NCBI GenBank assembly: GCA_965203725.1
Contig: CBDBDH010000002.1
Span: 264,215-328,214 of the forward strand
Direction: 5' to 3'
Source of the DNA: Gammaproteobacteria bacterium
Lineage (GTDB): Bacteria; Pseudomonadota; Gammaproteobacteria; UBA4575
Length of the DNA: 64,000 nucleotides
Shown here one piece after another: positions 30,080 through 39,380 of the stretch. Under the pieces are notes generated by a model, which did not search any database, was not told the origin of the DNA, and worked only from the letters and a program-made list of their open reading frames with translations. The stretch's first letter is position 1, and the number at the start of each line of letters is the position of its first letter. The translations under genes were made by a program, and so were the position numbers.

Positions 30080-32944
30080 ATGCCCAGATCCCTGCCTGAA
30101 CCCCTGCTCCCCCGGCTCGTCCAGGAATTCGAGACACTGGTCGCACAGACCGGGAGTGCATCGATTGAAAATTCCAGGGACGAGATCCTGTCCGTCTGGC
30201 ATGCCAGCCCGTTCGTGCGGCGGGTCTGCCTGGCCCAGCCGCAGTGGCTGGAGCAGCTGCTCTCGAAAGGGCAGTTGCACATGGATTGCGATTTCGAACA
30301 GTATGCCTGGCAACTGGAGTCCGAACTGTGCGAGGCCACGGGCATCGAGCACTTGCAGCAGATCCTGCGCGGGGCCAGAAGCCGCGCTTATGCGCGCATC
30401 GCATGGCGGGACCTGCAGCAGTACGCCAGCGTGCAGCAGACCCTGTCCGAGCTCAGCGCCTACGCACAGATCTGCATCGACCGGACGCTCTCATGGTGCT
30501 TCGAGTGGCTGAAGTCGCGCCCGCACGCGGGTCAGTTCGAACAGTCCATGTCCAATGACATCGTGGTCTTTGCACTGGGCAAGCTCGGCGGCGGCGAACT
30601 CAATTTTTCATCGGACGTGGACCTTGTGTTCGCCTACGTGGACGATCCGGCCCACTCGCAGGATGAGCGCGCTAAGGCCGGCAGCTTCTACCTGAAGCTG
30701 GTTCAGCTTCTGATCAAGGTGCTTTCGCAGCAAACCCAGGACGGATTTGTCTTTCGGGTGGATACGCGGCTGAGGCCGTTCGGCAATTCCGGTGCGCTGG
30801 TGCCGAGCCTTGCCGGGATCGACCAGTATTTCCAGACCACCGGGCGTGACTGGGAACGGTATGCCTGGATCCGGGCACGCGCCATCGCGGGCAACACGGA
30901 GCTTGGAGAACAGTTTCTCCAGGATGTCAGCCCGTTCATGTACCGCCGCTATCATGACTATGGCGTGATGCAGTCCTTGCGTGAAATGAAGTCCATGGTC
31001 GATCGCAAGGCGGGTCAGGCGACGAACCGGGACAACCTGAAAATCGGGCAGGGCGGCATCCGTGAAATCGAATTCGTCGCCCAGATGTTCCAGCTGATAT
31101 ACGGGGGCCGGGACCCCGACCTTCGGATGCGCTCGACCCTCGAGGCGCTGACCTACCTGGGAGGGACCGGCAAGCTGTCCGGCGAAAGCGTGAGCGAGTT
31201 GCGCAGTGCCTACCTGTTCCTGAGGCGCGCGGAAAACTGTCTGCAGATGCGTGAAGACCAGCAGATGTACAGCCTGCCGGCCAAGGACCCGGAGCGCGGG
31301 CAGTATGCCTACGCCCTGGGCTTTGAATCCTGGGATGCATTGTACGGCGAGTACCTGGAGCGCACGGCGAAAGTCAGCAAGATATTCCATGCCCTGCTGC
31401 TGGACGAGCAGCTGGGGCCCGAAGATACAGACAAGGATTTCGGCGATCTGGCACTGGTCTGGCCGCAGCTCCAGGATGAGCCCTTGTGCATGGAAATCCT
31501 GGCCCGGCACTTCGATGAGGATGCCAAGGACGTTTACCGTCGTTTGCGCGGCTTCGAGGAATCGGTGCGCCAGATCGAGCCCGTGGCGGAGCAACGACTG
31601 GAGCGGTTTTTCCCGGTCTTTCTGAGAAACCTTTCCAGCCACGCCCAGGCGGCCCTGATCCTGACCCGTTTCCTGAGAATCCTCGCCAAGATCGTGCAGC
31701 GCTCCACCTATATCGCCCTGCTGAGCGAGAACCAGAACAAGCTGGCCAGGCTGCTCAAGCTGATCGAGGCCAGCCAGTGGGTGGCCCAGTACATCGCCGC
31801 GCACCCGCTGCTGCTCGATGAGTTGCTGCATACCGACAACTATGATCCCCCGGACCTCGAGGAGATGCAGTACCAGATGCAGGTGCTTGAGCAACTGCAG
31901 ATGCTGATCGACGCCTCCGGGACCGATCTCGAGGCCTACATGGAACGCCTGCGCGAGTTCAAGCATGCCCAGGTGTTGCGCATTGCCGCAGCGGATATCG
32001 TCACGGACTACCCCATCATGCGCGTCAGCGATCACCTGTCCTGGCTGGCGGATACCTGCCTCAAGAGTGCGGTTCGAAAGGCCTACCAGGATCTGGTGGA
32101 CAAGCATGGCGAACCGACCGGCATCGCGGAGGGTGAAGCCGTGGCCCCGGAGCTGCTGATCATCGAATACGGCAAGCTGGGCGGCCTGGAACTCGGCTAC
32201 GGCTCCGACCTCGATGTGGTTTTCGTGCATGACGGTGTGGATGAGTCAGGAGAAACCGGTGGCGAGCCTGCACTGAAGAACACGGTTTTCTTCACCCGGG
32301 TGGTGCAGCGCACCATCCACCTGCTGACGACGACCACGGCATCCGGCAAGGTGTTCGACATCGACACGAGGCTCAGGCCGTACGGCCAGTCCGGAGCCAT
32401 GGTCTGTTCGCTGGCAACCTACGAGGATTATCTGAGGAACAAGGCCTGGTTGTGGGAGCACCAGGCGCTGATTCGCGCCAGGCCGGTCACCGCAAGCAGG
32501 GGCCTGGCGGAGCGCTTCCAGGCGTTGAGGAAAGACCTGCTCTGCCAGGCACGGGACATCGACGAGGTCCGCAACGCGGTCATTGAAATGCGCGACAAGA
32601 TCGTCGCGAGTCACCCGGCCAGGGACGGGGCGCGGTTCAGCCTCAAGAAAGACCGGGGAGGCATTGTCGATATCGAATTCATCGTGCAGTTCTACGTTCT
32701 CAGCTACGCCAGCCGGCACCACGAGATTTGCGTGCATACGGACAATGTCAGGATTCTGGATGCGTGTGCAAAGGTTGGTCTGATCAAGCCCGGATCGGTC
32801 GATGAACTCAAGGAAATTTACATTGCGTACCGCAAGCATCTTCACCAGCTGAGCCTGCAGTTGCTGCCGGAAACCGTAGCGGCCGACAGGTTTGCCGAGG
32901 AGCGGTCCGTCATACAACACCATTGGACAACTCTGTTACACTAA
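30080..32944 (+). CDS. glnE: Bifunctional glutamine synthetase adenylyltransferase/adenylyl-removing enzyme
   Basis: 954 aa with two nucleotidyltransferase domains (GKLGGGELNFSSDVDL and GKLGGLELGYGSDLDV). Confidence 0.95.
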   Translation: MPRSLPEPLLPRLVQEFETLVAQTGSASIENSRDEILSVWHASPFVRRVCLAQPQWLEQLLSKGQLHMDCDFEQYAWQLESELCEATGIEHLQQILRGARSRAYARIAWRDLQQYASVQQTLSELSAYAQICIDRTLSWCFEWLKSRPHAGQFEQSMSNDIVVFALGKLGGGELNFSSDVDLVFAYVDDPAHSQDERAKAGSFYLKLVQLLIKVLSQQTQDGFVFRVDTRLRPFGNSGALVPSLAGIDQYFQTTGRDWERYAWIRARAIAGNTELGEQFLQDVSPFMYRRYHDYGVMQSLREMKSMVDRKAGQATNRDNLKIGQGGIREIEFVAQMFQLIYGGRDPDLRMRSTLEALTYLGGTGKLSGESVSELRSAYLFLRRAENCLQMREDQQMYSLPAKDPERGQYAYALGFESWDALYGEYLERTAKVSKIFHALLLDEQLGPEDTDKDFGDLALVWPQLQDEPLCMEILARHFDEDAKDVYRRLRGFEESVRQIEPVAEQRLERFFPVFLRNLSSHAQAALILTRFLRILAKIVQRSTYIALLSENQNKLARLLKLIEASQWVAQYIAAHPLLLDELLHTDNYDPPDLEEMQYQMQVLEQLQMLIDASGTDLEAYMERLREFKHAQVLRIAAADIVTDYPIMRVSDHLSWLADTCLKSAVRKAYQDLVDKHGEPTGIAEGEAVAPELLIIEYGKLGGLELGYGSDLDVVFVHDGVDESGETGGEPALKNTVFFTRVVQRTIHLLTTTTASGKVFDIDTRLRPYGQSGAMVCSLATYEDYLRNKAWLWEHQALIRARPVTASRGLAERFQALRKDLLCQARDIDEVRNAVIEMRDKIVASHPARDGARFSLKKDRGGIVDIEFIVQFYVLSYASRHHEICVHTDNVRILDACAKVGLIKPGSVDELKEIYIAYRKHLHQLSLQLLPETVAADRFAEERSVIQHHWTTLLH

Positions 32945-32976
32945 ACGGCCATTTGATCTGAGGGAGTCCGGTAGCC

Positions 32977-33897
32977 ATGTCGATGTCTGATAGGGAGGGG
33001 GTCATCTGGTACAACGGCGAGTTTGTACCGTGGCAGGAAGCCAGCACGCATGTACTGACTCACACACTCCACTACGGCGGCGGAGTATTCGAGGGAGTTC
33101 GCGCCTACCAGACCGACCAGGGAACGGCCATCTTTCGCCTCCATGACCACACCAGCCGGCTGTTCAATTCCGCGAAAATCATCCGCATGGAGCTGCCTTA
33201 CAGTCCGCAGCAGATCAGCCAGGCACAGGTGGACACCGTGCGCAAAAACGGCATGCGCTACGGGTATATCCGGCCGATGTGCTTTTATGGCCCCGAGGAT
33301 ATGGGCCTGAGGGCCGACAACCTGAAGGTCCACTGCATCGTGGCCGGGTGGGAGTGGGATGCCTATTTCGGCGAAGAGAAGATGAAGAACGGAATTCGCG
33401 TCAAGACTTCGTCCTACTCGAGGCACCATGTCAACGTGGCCATGTGCCGTGCCAAGGTGAACGGCAACTACATCAACTCCATGCTGGCCTTGAACGAGGC
33501 GCTGCAGGATGGCTATGACGAGGCGCTGTTGCTGGACGTTGACGGTTTCGTGGCGGAGGGCAGCGGCGAGAACATCTTCATCGTCAAGGCGGGAACGCTG
33601 TTCACCCCGGAACTGACCTCGGTGCTCGATGGCATCACCCGCGATACCGTGATTGCACTGGCCCGCTCGATCGACATTCCCCTGGTGGAAAAACGCATCA
33701 CGCGTGATGAGGTGTATATCGCCGATGAGGCCTTTTTCACCGGCACCGCGGCGGAGGTCACACCGATACGCGAACTTGACAACCGCACGATCGGGGAAGG
33801 CAAGCCGGGTCCGGTCACCCAGAAACTGCAGACCATGTTTTTTGATCTGGCGCGCGGCAAAAGCGAGATGTCCGGTGACTGGCTTGCCTACGTGTAG
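32977..33897 (+). CDS. ilvE: Branched-chain-amino-acid aminotransferase
   Basis: 306 aa, IlvE family (HTLHYGGGVFEGVRAY...). Confidence 0.9.
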   Translation: MSMSDREGVIWYNGEFVPWQEASTHVLTHTLHYGGGVFEGVRAYQTDQGTAIFRLHDHTSRLFNSAKIIRMELPYSPQQISQAQVDTVRKNGMRYGYIRPMCFYGPEDMGLRADNLKVHCIVAGWEWDAYFGEEKMKNGIRVKTSSYSRHHVNVAMCRAKVNGNYINSMLALNEALQDGYDEALLLDVDGFVAEGSGENIFIVKAGTLFTPELTSVLDGITRDTVIALARSIDIPLVEKRITRDEVYIADEAFFTGTAAEVTPIRELDNRTIGEGKPGPVTQKLQTMFFDLARGKSEMSGDWLAYV

Positions 33898-33898
33898 A

Positions 33899-33930
33899 CA
33901 GGCTTTGAAGCGGCGTCAAAAACAAGCCTG
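33899..33930 (+). terminator. Weak hairpin after ilvE (CAGGCTT, 18-nt loop, AAGCCTG, then CCTTTCGTT)
   Basis: 7-bp stem read in the sequence; the downstream T-tract is poor. Confidence 0.2.
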
Positions 33931-33977
33931 CCTTTCGTTGATGCGATCTGCACCCGCGTACCCCTGAGTCAAGCCTC

Positions 33978-35396
33978 ATGAACCTGGACAATCTTGCAAA
34001 GGCCAAGATCCTGGTCATCGGGGATGTCATGCTGGACCAGTACTGGCTGGGCGAGACCAGCCGCATATCCCCCGAAGCCCCGGTCCCGGTCATCAATATC
34101 GAAGACATGGAAAACCGGTTGGGCGGTGCGGCCAATGTCGCAGCCAACGCCATCAGCGTGGGAGCCGACGTGACCCTGATCGGAATGGTCGGGCGCGATG
34201 AAAACGGCGACCGGCTGCTGGAGTTGCTGGATGCCACGAACATCCATACAAAAGTCATTCGCAAGGAGGACTACAGGACTTCCACCAAACTGCGCGTCGT
34301 CAGCCGTAACCAGCAACTGCTCAGGCTGGACCATGAAGACAGCCGCAAGGAGGCCGACAACACCGAGGTCCTGGAAGTGTGCGAACAGCAGATTTCCGGG
34401 CACGGAACCATCGTGATCTCGGATTATGACAAGGGGGCAGTGGCAGGAATTGAGCACATTATCGAAGCCGTACGCAAGGCCGGCAAGCGGATCATCGTAG
34501 ATCCGAAAGGGGCCTGCTTCGACAAGTACAAGAATGCAAGCATCATCACCCCGAACTACCAGGAGTTCATACAGGTTGCCGGTGAATGCACGGATGAGGA
34601 AGAGCTTGAGAACAAGGCACTCGGGATGTGCAGGGAACTGGACCTTGATGCCTTGCTGGTCACGCGAAGTGAACATGGCATGTCCTTGTTCATGCAAGGC
34701 CAGCCTGCCAGGCATTTCCCTACGCAGGCCAGGGAGGTCTACGATGTCACAGGAGCCGGAGATACCGTAGTGGGCCTGTTTGCCTCGGCGGTATCCGCCG
34801 ATTATCCAATTGCAGATGCGGTGAAAATCGCGAACCTGGGAGCGGGGATTGCGGTGAGCAAGCTGGGCACCGTGGCCGTGACGACTGAGGAGCTGGATTT
34901 CAGTTTGCAGGTCGCGGCCAGCAGAGGGAAACGGGTCGCTGACCTGGATGAATTGAAGCGGGTCGTGGCCGCGCTGAGGCGCAATAATGAAAAAGTCGTG
35001 TTCACCAACGGGTGTTTTGATCTGATCCACCGCGGCCATATCGCTTGCCTGCGCGATGCCAAGTCCAGGGGTGACTGCCTGATCGTGGCCATCAATGACG
35101 ATACTTCGGTAAGAAGCATCAAGGGGGACAGTCGTCCCGTGTGCAGTCTGCAAAACCGCATCGAGGTGCTTGAGGAGCTGAACTGCATTGACTGGCTCAT
35201 ACCGTTCTCCGAAGACACGCCCTTGACGCTGATCGAGGAACTGAAGCCCGATGTTTACGTCAAGGGTGGCGATTATGAAAAGGAGAAGCTGGCCGAATAC
35301 GAACTGGTCAGCAGCTACGGAGGGGAAGTTGTCATCTCGCCCTACGTGGAAGGCTGCTCGACCACCTCGATCATTGATTCCATTCAGAGCGCTTGA
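33978..35396 (+). CDS. hldE: Bifunctional D-beta-D-heptose 7-phosphate kinase / D-beta-D-heptose 1-phosphate adenylyltransferase
   Basis: 472 aa. An N-terminal PfkB-type kinase and a C-terminal cytidylyltransferase (FTNGCFDLIHRGH) give the HldE/RfaE architecture. The last approximately 15 codons lie within the island-border repeat. Confidence 0.95.
   Translation: MNLDNLAKAKILVIGDVMLDQYWLGETSRISPEAPVPVINIEDMENRLGGAANVAANAISVGADVTLIGMVGRDENGDRLLELLDATNIHTKVIRKEDYRTSTKLRVVSRNQQLLRLDHEDSRKEADNTEVLEVCEQQISGHGTIVISDYDKGAVAGIEHIIEAVRKAGKRIIVDPKGACFDKYKNASIITPNYQEFIQVAGECTDEEELENKALGMCRELDLDALLVTRSEHGMSLFMQGQPARHFPTQAREVYDVTGAGDTVVGLFASAVSADYPIADAVKIANLGAGIAVSKLGTVAVTTEELDFSLQVAASRGKRVADLDELKRVVAALRRNNEKVVFTNGCFDLIHRGHIACLRDAKSRGDCLIVAINDDTSVRSIKGDSRPVCSLQNRIEVLEELNCIDWLIPFSEDTPLTLIEELKPDVYVKGGDYEKEKLAEYELVSSYGGEVVISPYVEGCSTTSIIDSIQSA
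35343..35396. repeat. Left copy of an approximately 54-bp imperfect direct repeat (att-like) comprising the hldE 3' end
   Basis: CGTGGAAGGCTGCTCGACCACCTCGATCATTGATTCCATTCAGAGCGCTTGACT here and CGTGGAAGGTCGCTCGACAACCTCGATCATTGATTCCATTCAGAGTGCCTGACT at 41449-41503 differ at about 5 positions. Both copies encode ...VEGxSTTSIIDSIQSA*. Confidence 0.65.
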
Positions 35397-35445
35397 CTGC
35401 GAACTAGGCGGGCGGGAGTTCGAATCTTTCCGGGCGTGCCATTTT
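35397..35445 (+). other. tRNA 3'-end-like fragment (T-arm GGGAGTTCGAATCTTTCC plus acceptor ...GTGCCA); not a complete tRNA
   Basis: GGTTCGAATC-type T-loop and a terminal CCA are read in the sequence. No D-arm or anticodon arm precedes it (hldE coding sequence lies there). Probably an element-borne att remnant. Confidence 0.35.
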
Positions 35446-35720
35446 TTGTGACTCACGCTTGCTCTGGGGCTGAGGCTGTCCAATAGTATCGGGTTTACCT
35501 GTTTTTTTCTCAGGGGTGAGTTGCACCCGCACCGGCTTGCGCCGGTATATCCGCTGGGTGATCATGGTGTCCGCACGACCGAGGCGTTTCGAGGCTTCGA
35601 CCAAGCTGTTCGATTCGCTCGTGACTTTGACTTCAATCGTCTGCAGTAAATTGATGAGCTCTGGCTTCCTGAATCGCTTGCGTAGGGCGATCCCCCTGAC
35701 CCAACTTAGCAGAGTTTAGA
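35404..35720 (-). pseudogene. Tyrosine recombinase (phage integrase) C-terminal fragment
   Basis: Minus-strand translation ...LGQGIALRKRFRKPELINLLQTIEVKVTSESNSLVEASKRLGRADTMITQRIYRRKP... matches the R-H-R-Y integrase C-terminus (LGHxxxxxTxRYxH box). There is no N-terminal 250 aa; an unrelated AT-rich gene occupies that space. Confidence 0.5.
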
Positions 35721-35825
35721 CTATAATCTGGAGTGAGTTTAGGGCAGGACACTCAAACCGATAAGAAATATACATAGACTTTAAACAAAGTCAAAGTGCA
35801 CAAAAATATTCTTTTTAAAAGATAT

Positions 35826-35855
35826 TTGGCACTGTAATGGTTAGGTTCTTATAAT
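35826..35855 (+). promoter_or_regulatory. Sigma70-like promoter candidate (TTGGCA, 18-nt spacer, TATAAT) upstream of the island cargo operon
   Basis: Hexamers read directly in the sequence, about 55 nt upstream of the ATG at 35911. Confidence 0.35.
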
Positions 35856-35910
35856 TTGTCTCTTTATTTATAAAGAATACACTCAGGGATACTAAACACG
35901 GGGAAATATC

Positions 35911-36474
35911 ATGACTGATAAAAACCAAGATGCATGTTTATCAGCATTCAATTCAATTATATCTATTCTTTCTGATTTTAATAATGAAGATAAAAAGCAC
36001 GTTTTAGGTTCTGTTATTAACTGGCTAAAAATTTCTGATATAGGTTCCGGTTTAGGAAATGCTAAAGAGTCACCACTACAATCGAGTCCTTCAAGGGCAA
36101 TAGCAAATATTTCACTTGAATCAGATGTGTCCCCAAAGGACTTTCTATTAGAGAAACTCCCTGGATCGAACGTTGAGCGTGTTGCTTGTTTGGCATACTA
36201 TCTTACTCATTACAGAGATACCCCTCACTTCAAGACAACCGACATCAATAAATTAAATACCGAAGCTGCGCAACCAAAGTTCTCTAATCCAGCTGTTGCT
36301 GTGAATGATTCGTCAAAAGCAAGATTATTGGTTGCAAGCGGCAAAGGGAATAAGCAATTGAGTGCAATGGGAGAACAGTTTGTTCTGGCACTACCAAATC
36401 GCGATCAAGCTAAATCGATTCTGAACAAAATGAGACCAAAACGTAAAGCAAAAAAAAGAGCAAAAAGACAATAA
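35911..36474 (+). CDS. Hypothetical protein with strongly basic C-terminal tail (KMRPKRKAKKRAKRQ)
   Basis: 187-aa ORF with a start-proximal GGGGAAA ribosome-binding site, AT-rich codon usage unlike the host core, and no recognisable domain. First gene of a three-gene co-oriented cassette. Confidence 0.5.
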   Translation: MTDKNQDACLSAFNSIISILSDFNNEDKKHVLGSVINWLKISDIGSGLGNAKESPLQSSPSRAIANISLESDVSPKDFLLEKLPGSNVERVACLAYYLTHYRDTPHFKTTDINKLNTEAAQPKFSNPAVAVNDSSKARLLVASGKGNKQLSAMGEQFVLALPNRDQAKSILNKMRPKRKAKKRAKRQ

Positions 36475-36502
36475 AGATAAATTGATAAATTGTTCTGGAA
36501 AA

Positions 36503-37498
36503 ATGGCTGGGCGACATAAAGCAATTCGGATTTCTATTTTCAACCATAAAGGTGGTGTAGGTAAGACAACTCTTACGGTTAATTTAGCTGCAGCTTTGGC
36601 AGAAGCAGGGAAAAAAGTTCTATTAATTGATTCGGACCCACAATGCAATATTACTCAATACTTGTTTGATGACTCTACAATTGATGGTTTGTTGGAAAAA
36701 TCTGATGAAAGTGATGGAGAGACAATCTGGTCAGCAGTTAAGCCGGTTGTAGAAGGTGAGGGGAGAATATCAGACGTAGGTGTATACGAAACTGCCGTTT
36801 CTAATTTATATATCCTTCCTGGTGATATTCAGTTATCAGAATTTGAAATTGAACTCTCTAATTATTGGACAGCATGTATTAAAGGCCAAAGGAGAGGATT
36901 TAAGGAAATTTCTACCCTAAGTCATCTCGCGAATATGTATGCTAAAAATGATGATATTGATTTTATATTTTTTGATACAGGACCAAATATTGGCCCATTA
37001 AACCGTATAATTTTATTGGATTGTGACTATTTTTTAGTTCCAGGAGCATGTGATCTTTTTTCGGTTAGAGCATTAAGAACTTTAGGTTCTTCAATGACGA
37101 AATGGATTAAAGAATGGGCTGAAATCTCAAAAAAATCAACAGGCGACATTAATATTCCACCTGGCTGCCCTAAATTTCTTGGGTATATACCCCAAGGATT
37201 TAGGGTCTATGGACAAGGCATGGCAAGGTGGCCTTCTAAATATCATGCAAGGTTTCGAAAAGAACTCCAAAAATACTTACTGACACCACTAAGGCGAATA
37301 TCTTCAGATCTAATTAGGACATCCGGGTCTGAGTCGAAACTAGGAGAAATAAAAGATTTTGCGCATTTAGTTCAAAAATCACAAGAACAGCGTGTGCCAC
37401 TATGGCTTGTTGCTGGTGGGCCGGTGTATCAAACCGAAGAAGCGCATGATGCTTTTTCTAAGATGGCTGATGAACTAATCACTCGAACAGAGGAATAG
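36503..37498 (+). CDS. ParA/MinD-family P-loop ATPase with long C-terminal extension
   Basis: Deviant Walker A IRISIFNHKGGVGKTTLTVNLAAALAEAGKKVLLIDSDPQCN. ATG at 36503; 331 aa, about 80-100 aa longer than canonical ParA. Confidence 0.8.
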   Translation: MAGRHKAIRISIFNHKGGVGKTTLTVNLAAALAEAGKKVLLIDSDPQCNITQYLFDDSTIDGLLEKSDESDGETIWSAVKPVVEGEGRISDVGVYETAVSNLYILPGDIQLSEFEIELSNYWTACIKGQRRGFKEISTLSHLANMYAKNDDIDFIFFDTGPNIGPLNRIILLDCDYFLVPGACDLFSVRALRTLGSSMTKWIKEWAEISKKSTGDINIPPGCPKFLGYIPQGFRVYGQGMARWPSKYHARFRKELQKYLLTPLRRISSDLIRTSGSESKLGEIKDFAHLVQKSQEQRVPLWLVAGGPVYQTEEAHDAFSKMADELITRTEE

Positions 37499-37504
37499 TA
37501 AATA

Positions 37505-38215
37505 GTGGCCAGAATTACTGAGAGCCGCCATCGTGAGATCGACAAAGCAGTATCAAAATATGAAAGCATACGCACAGACTTTGATAATCTAGGTGAAACC
37601 ACTAACAGATTACTAGTTAGTGATGCACGACTAAAGCATTATATTCACTCTAGTAAATATAGAACAAAAGATCCCAAAAGATTAAAAGAAAAAATCATAA
37701 GAAAAACAAGTGATCGATTAAAGTTGCCAAAAGATGAGAGAGCCCCATTAATAACTGCTAGAAATCTTCTGGAGACTGTGGAAGATCTAGCTGGAATTCG
37801 ACTCCTTCATTTGCATACGCAACAAATGTCAAATATACATCCAGTAATAGTCGAAATACTTGAAGGAAATCGCTATCAAATTATCGATAGGCCAGTCGTA
37901 TATATATGGGATACTGAGAACAGAGAGTTCTTCAAAGGTATTGGCATAAAACCAATCGAACGCCTAGATAAAGAAATGTATACAAGTGTTCATTATGTTG
38001 TTAGTTCACCTCAACGACCAGAAATGAGAATTGAAATACAGGTGCGAACACTGATGGAAGAAGTTTGGGGAGAAGTATCTCACATTATAAATTACCCTCA
38101 GAAAACTGAAATTACAGCCTGCCGTGAGCAACTTAGCGCCCTTGCAAGATTTACTTCTGGGTGCAGTCGTTTGGTTGACTCAATTTTTGCCACTAAAGCT
38201 GAAAGTGAAAAATAA
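37505..38215 (+). CDS. RelA/SpoT-domain nucleotidyltransferase (small-alarmone-synthetase-like, single domain)
   Basis: DLAGIRLLHLHTQQ (DxxGxRxx), SVHYVVSSP (G/S-x-x-S/H-x-H) and EIQVRTLMEEVWGEVSH (EIQIRT...WAE..H) are the synthetase-fold signature motifs. 236 aa; begins 6 nt after the ParA-like gene. Confidence 0.75.
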   Translation: MARITESRHREIDKAVSKYESIRTDFDNLGETTNRLLVSDARLKHYIHSSKYRTKDPKRLKEKIIRKTSDRLKLPKDERAPLITARNLLETVEDLAGIRLLHLHTQQMSNIHPVIVEILEGNRYQIIDRPVVYIWDTENREFFKGIGIKPIERLDKEMYTSVHYVVSSPQRPEMRIEIQVRTLMEEVWGEVSHIINYPQKTEITACREQLSALARFTSGCSRLVDSIFATKAESEK

Positions 38216-38258
38216 TTTTTAGAAAGGTCTGATCAATTTAGTTGCTGAGAGGCGATTT

Positions 38259-38513
38259 CTACAGATCATGGATTTCAAGCCAGTCTAGAAGATCAAAAGG
38301 CCTGGAATCCGTGGCCTGTGCCGGGTAAATGCGGATCAATGCAGGCGATGGCACATCCCTCCAATTTTTCAAGTGCACGCCCCCACCAGTTCCTTCTAGG
38401 GAAATGATCCGCCCCATGTCTTCCTGGAACGCTTCCTTGCGGGTCTTCTTGCTGTACTGGTCGAATCTGGTATCAGAAAAGGCTGGCGGACGTATGGGAT
38501 AAATCTCTATCAT
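38259..38513 (-). CDS. Hypothetical small protein (84 aa); has a degraded paralogue at about 42000-42145
   Basis: ORF on the opposite strand between the SAS-like and macro genes. Its 3' end and downstream approximately 70 bp are repeated, diverged, next to the XRE gene at 42145. Confidence 0.3.
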   Translation of the reverse strand: MIEIYPIRPPAFSDTRFDQYSKKTRKEAFQEDMGRIISLEGTGGGVHLKNWRDVPSPALIRIYPAQATDSRPFDLLDWLEIHDL

Positions 38514-38599
38514 TGAATCCTTGACAGAGATTATGATTCTTGTGGGTTAATTAATCAGAGGTTCCTTAAAATTGAAGCTCAATCAAGCTGGTATTTCTA

Positions 38600-39058
38600 A
38601 TGATCACGTTTACCCAAGGTAATCTGCTTGAAGCCGATGTTGAGGCAGCAGTGAACACCGTGAACACTGTTGGCATCATGGGAAAAGGTATTGCCCTGAT
38701 GTTCAAGGAGCGGTTTCCGCAGAATTTTGAAGCCTACGCACATGCTTGTGAGGACAAGGAGGTGCGTATCGGGAAAATGTTTGTTAGTGAGAACAGAGAG
38801 TTTTTCGGTCCGAAGTGGATAGTCAATTTTCCAACTAAAACGCACTGGCGAGCAAATACACAGCTTGAATGGATAGAAAAAGGTCTTCAAGACCTCATCT
38901 GGGTCATCAAGGAAAAGAATATCCGTTCGATTGCAATCCCGCCTCTTGGTTGTGGCAATGGTGGCCTCAATTGGGATGACGTTCGGCCTCTTGTCGTTGC
39001 AGCTTTAGAGAAAGTTGAGGGCCTTGAGGCAGTGGTTTATGAGCCTACTGCCAAATAA
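38600..39058 (+). CDS. Macro-domain protein (ADP-ribose / O-acetyl-ADP-ribose hydrolase family)
   Basis: [39 protein letters not shown] and [18 protein letters not shown] correspond to the macrodomain N-x(6)-GGGVA and AFPxISTGxYG motifs; 152 aa. Confidence 0.8.
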   Translation: MITFTQGNLLEADVEAAVNTVNTVGIMGKGIALMFKERFPQNFEAYAHACEDKEVRIGKMFVSENREFFGPKWIVNFPTKTHWRANTQLEWIEKGLQDLIWVIKEKNIRSIAIPPLGCGNGGLNWDDVRPLVVAALEKVEGLEAVVYEPTAK

Positions 39059-39380
39059 CAGGATGTCGCGAAACGTACCAGTGTAGAAAAGTTTACGCCG
39101 GCCCAAGCTCTCATGGTAGCGTCCATCAACAAGACCGCCCTCCCGTTGCGCGGGCGTGGGCTGTTTCGAAAAGGATGACGCGTTACAGTCACTCAATCGA
39201 GGAGAACTAGGAGCATCAGCCGGAAACGATACTCAGGCGTCGCCACGCCCCGAGTCTTTGATCGCGGAGATTGGTGAGGATGGCCTTTTTCGTGGCGAAG
39301 CAGAGCAGTTCCCAAGGATATATCAGCAGATCGCTGAAGTTAGCATTTGACTGTACACTCTTGATTTATTTCACCAATAG

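Noticed and set aside
35397-35480. Possible tRNA gene after hldE
   Set aside because: Only a T-arm- and acceptor-like 3' portion with CCA is present. No D-arm or anticodon arm can be formed from the preceding sequence, which is hldE coding DNA. It is treated as an att or tRNA remnant, not a gene.
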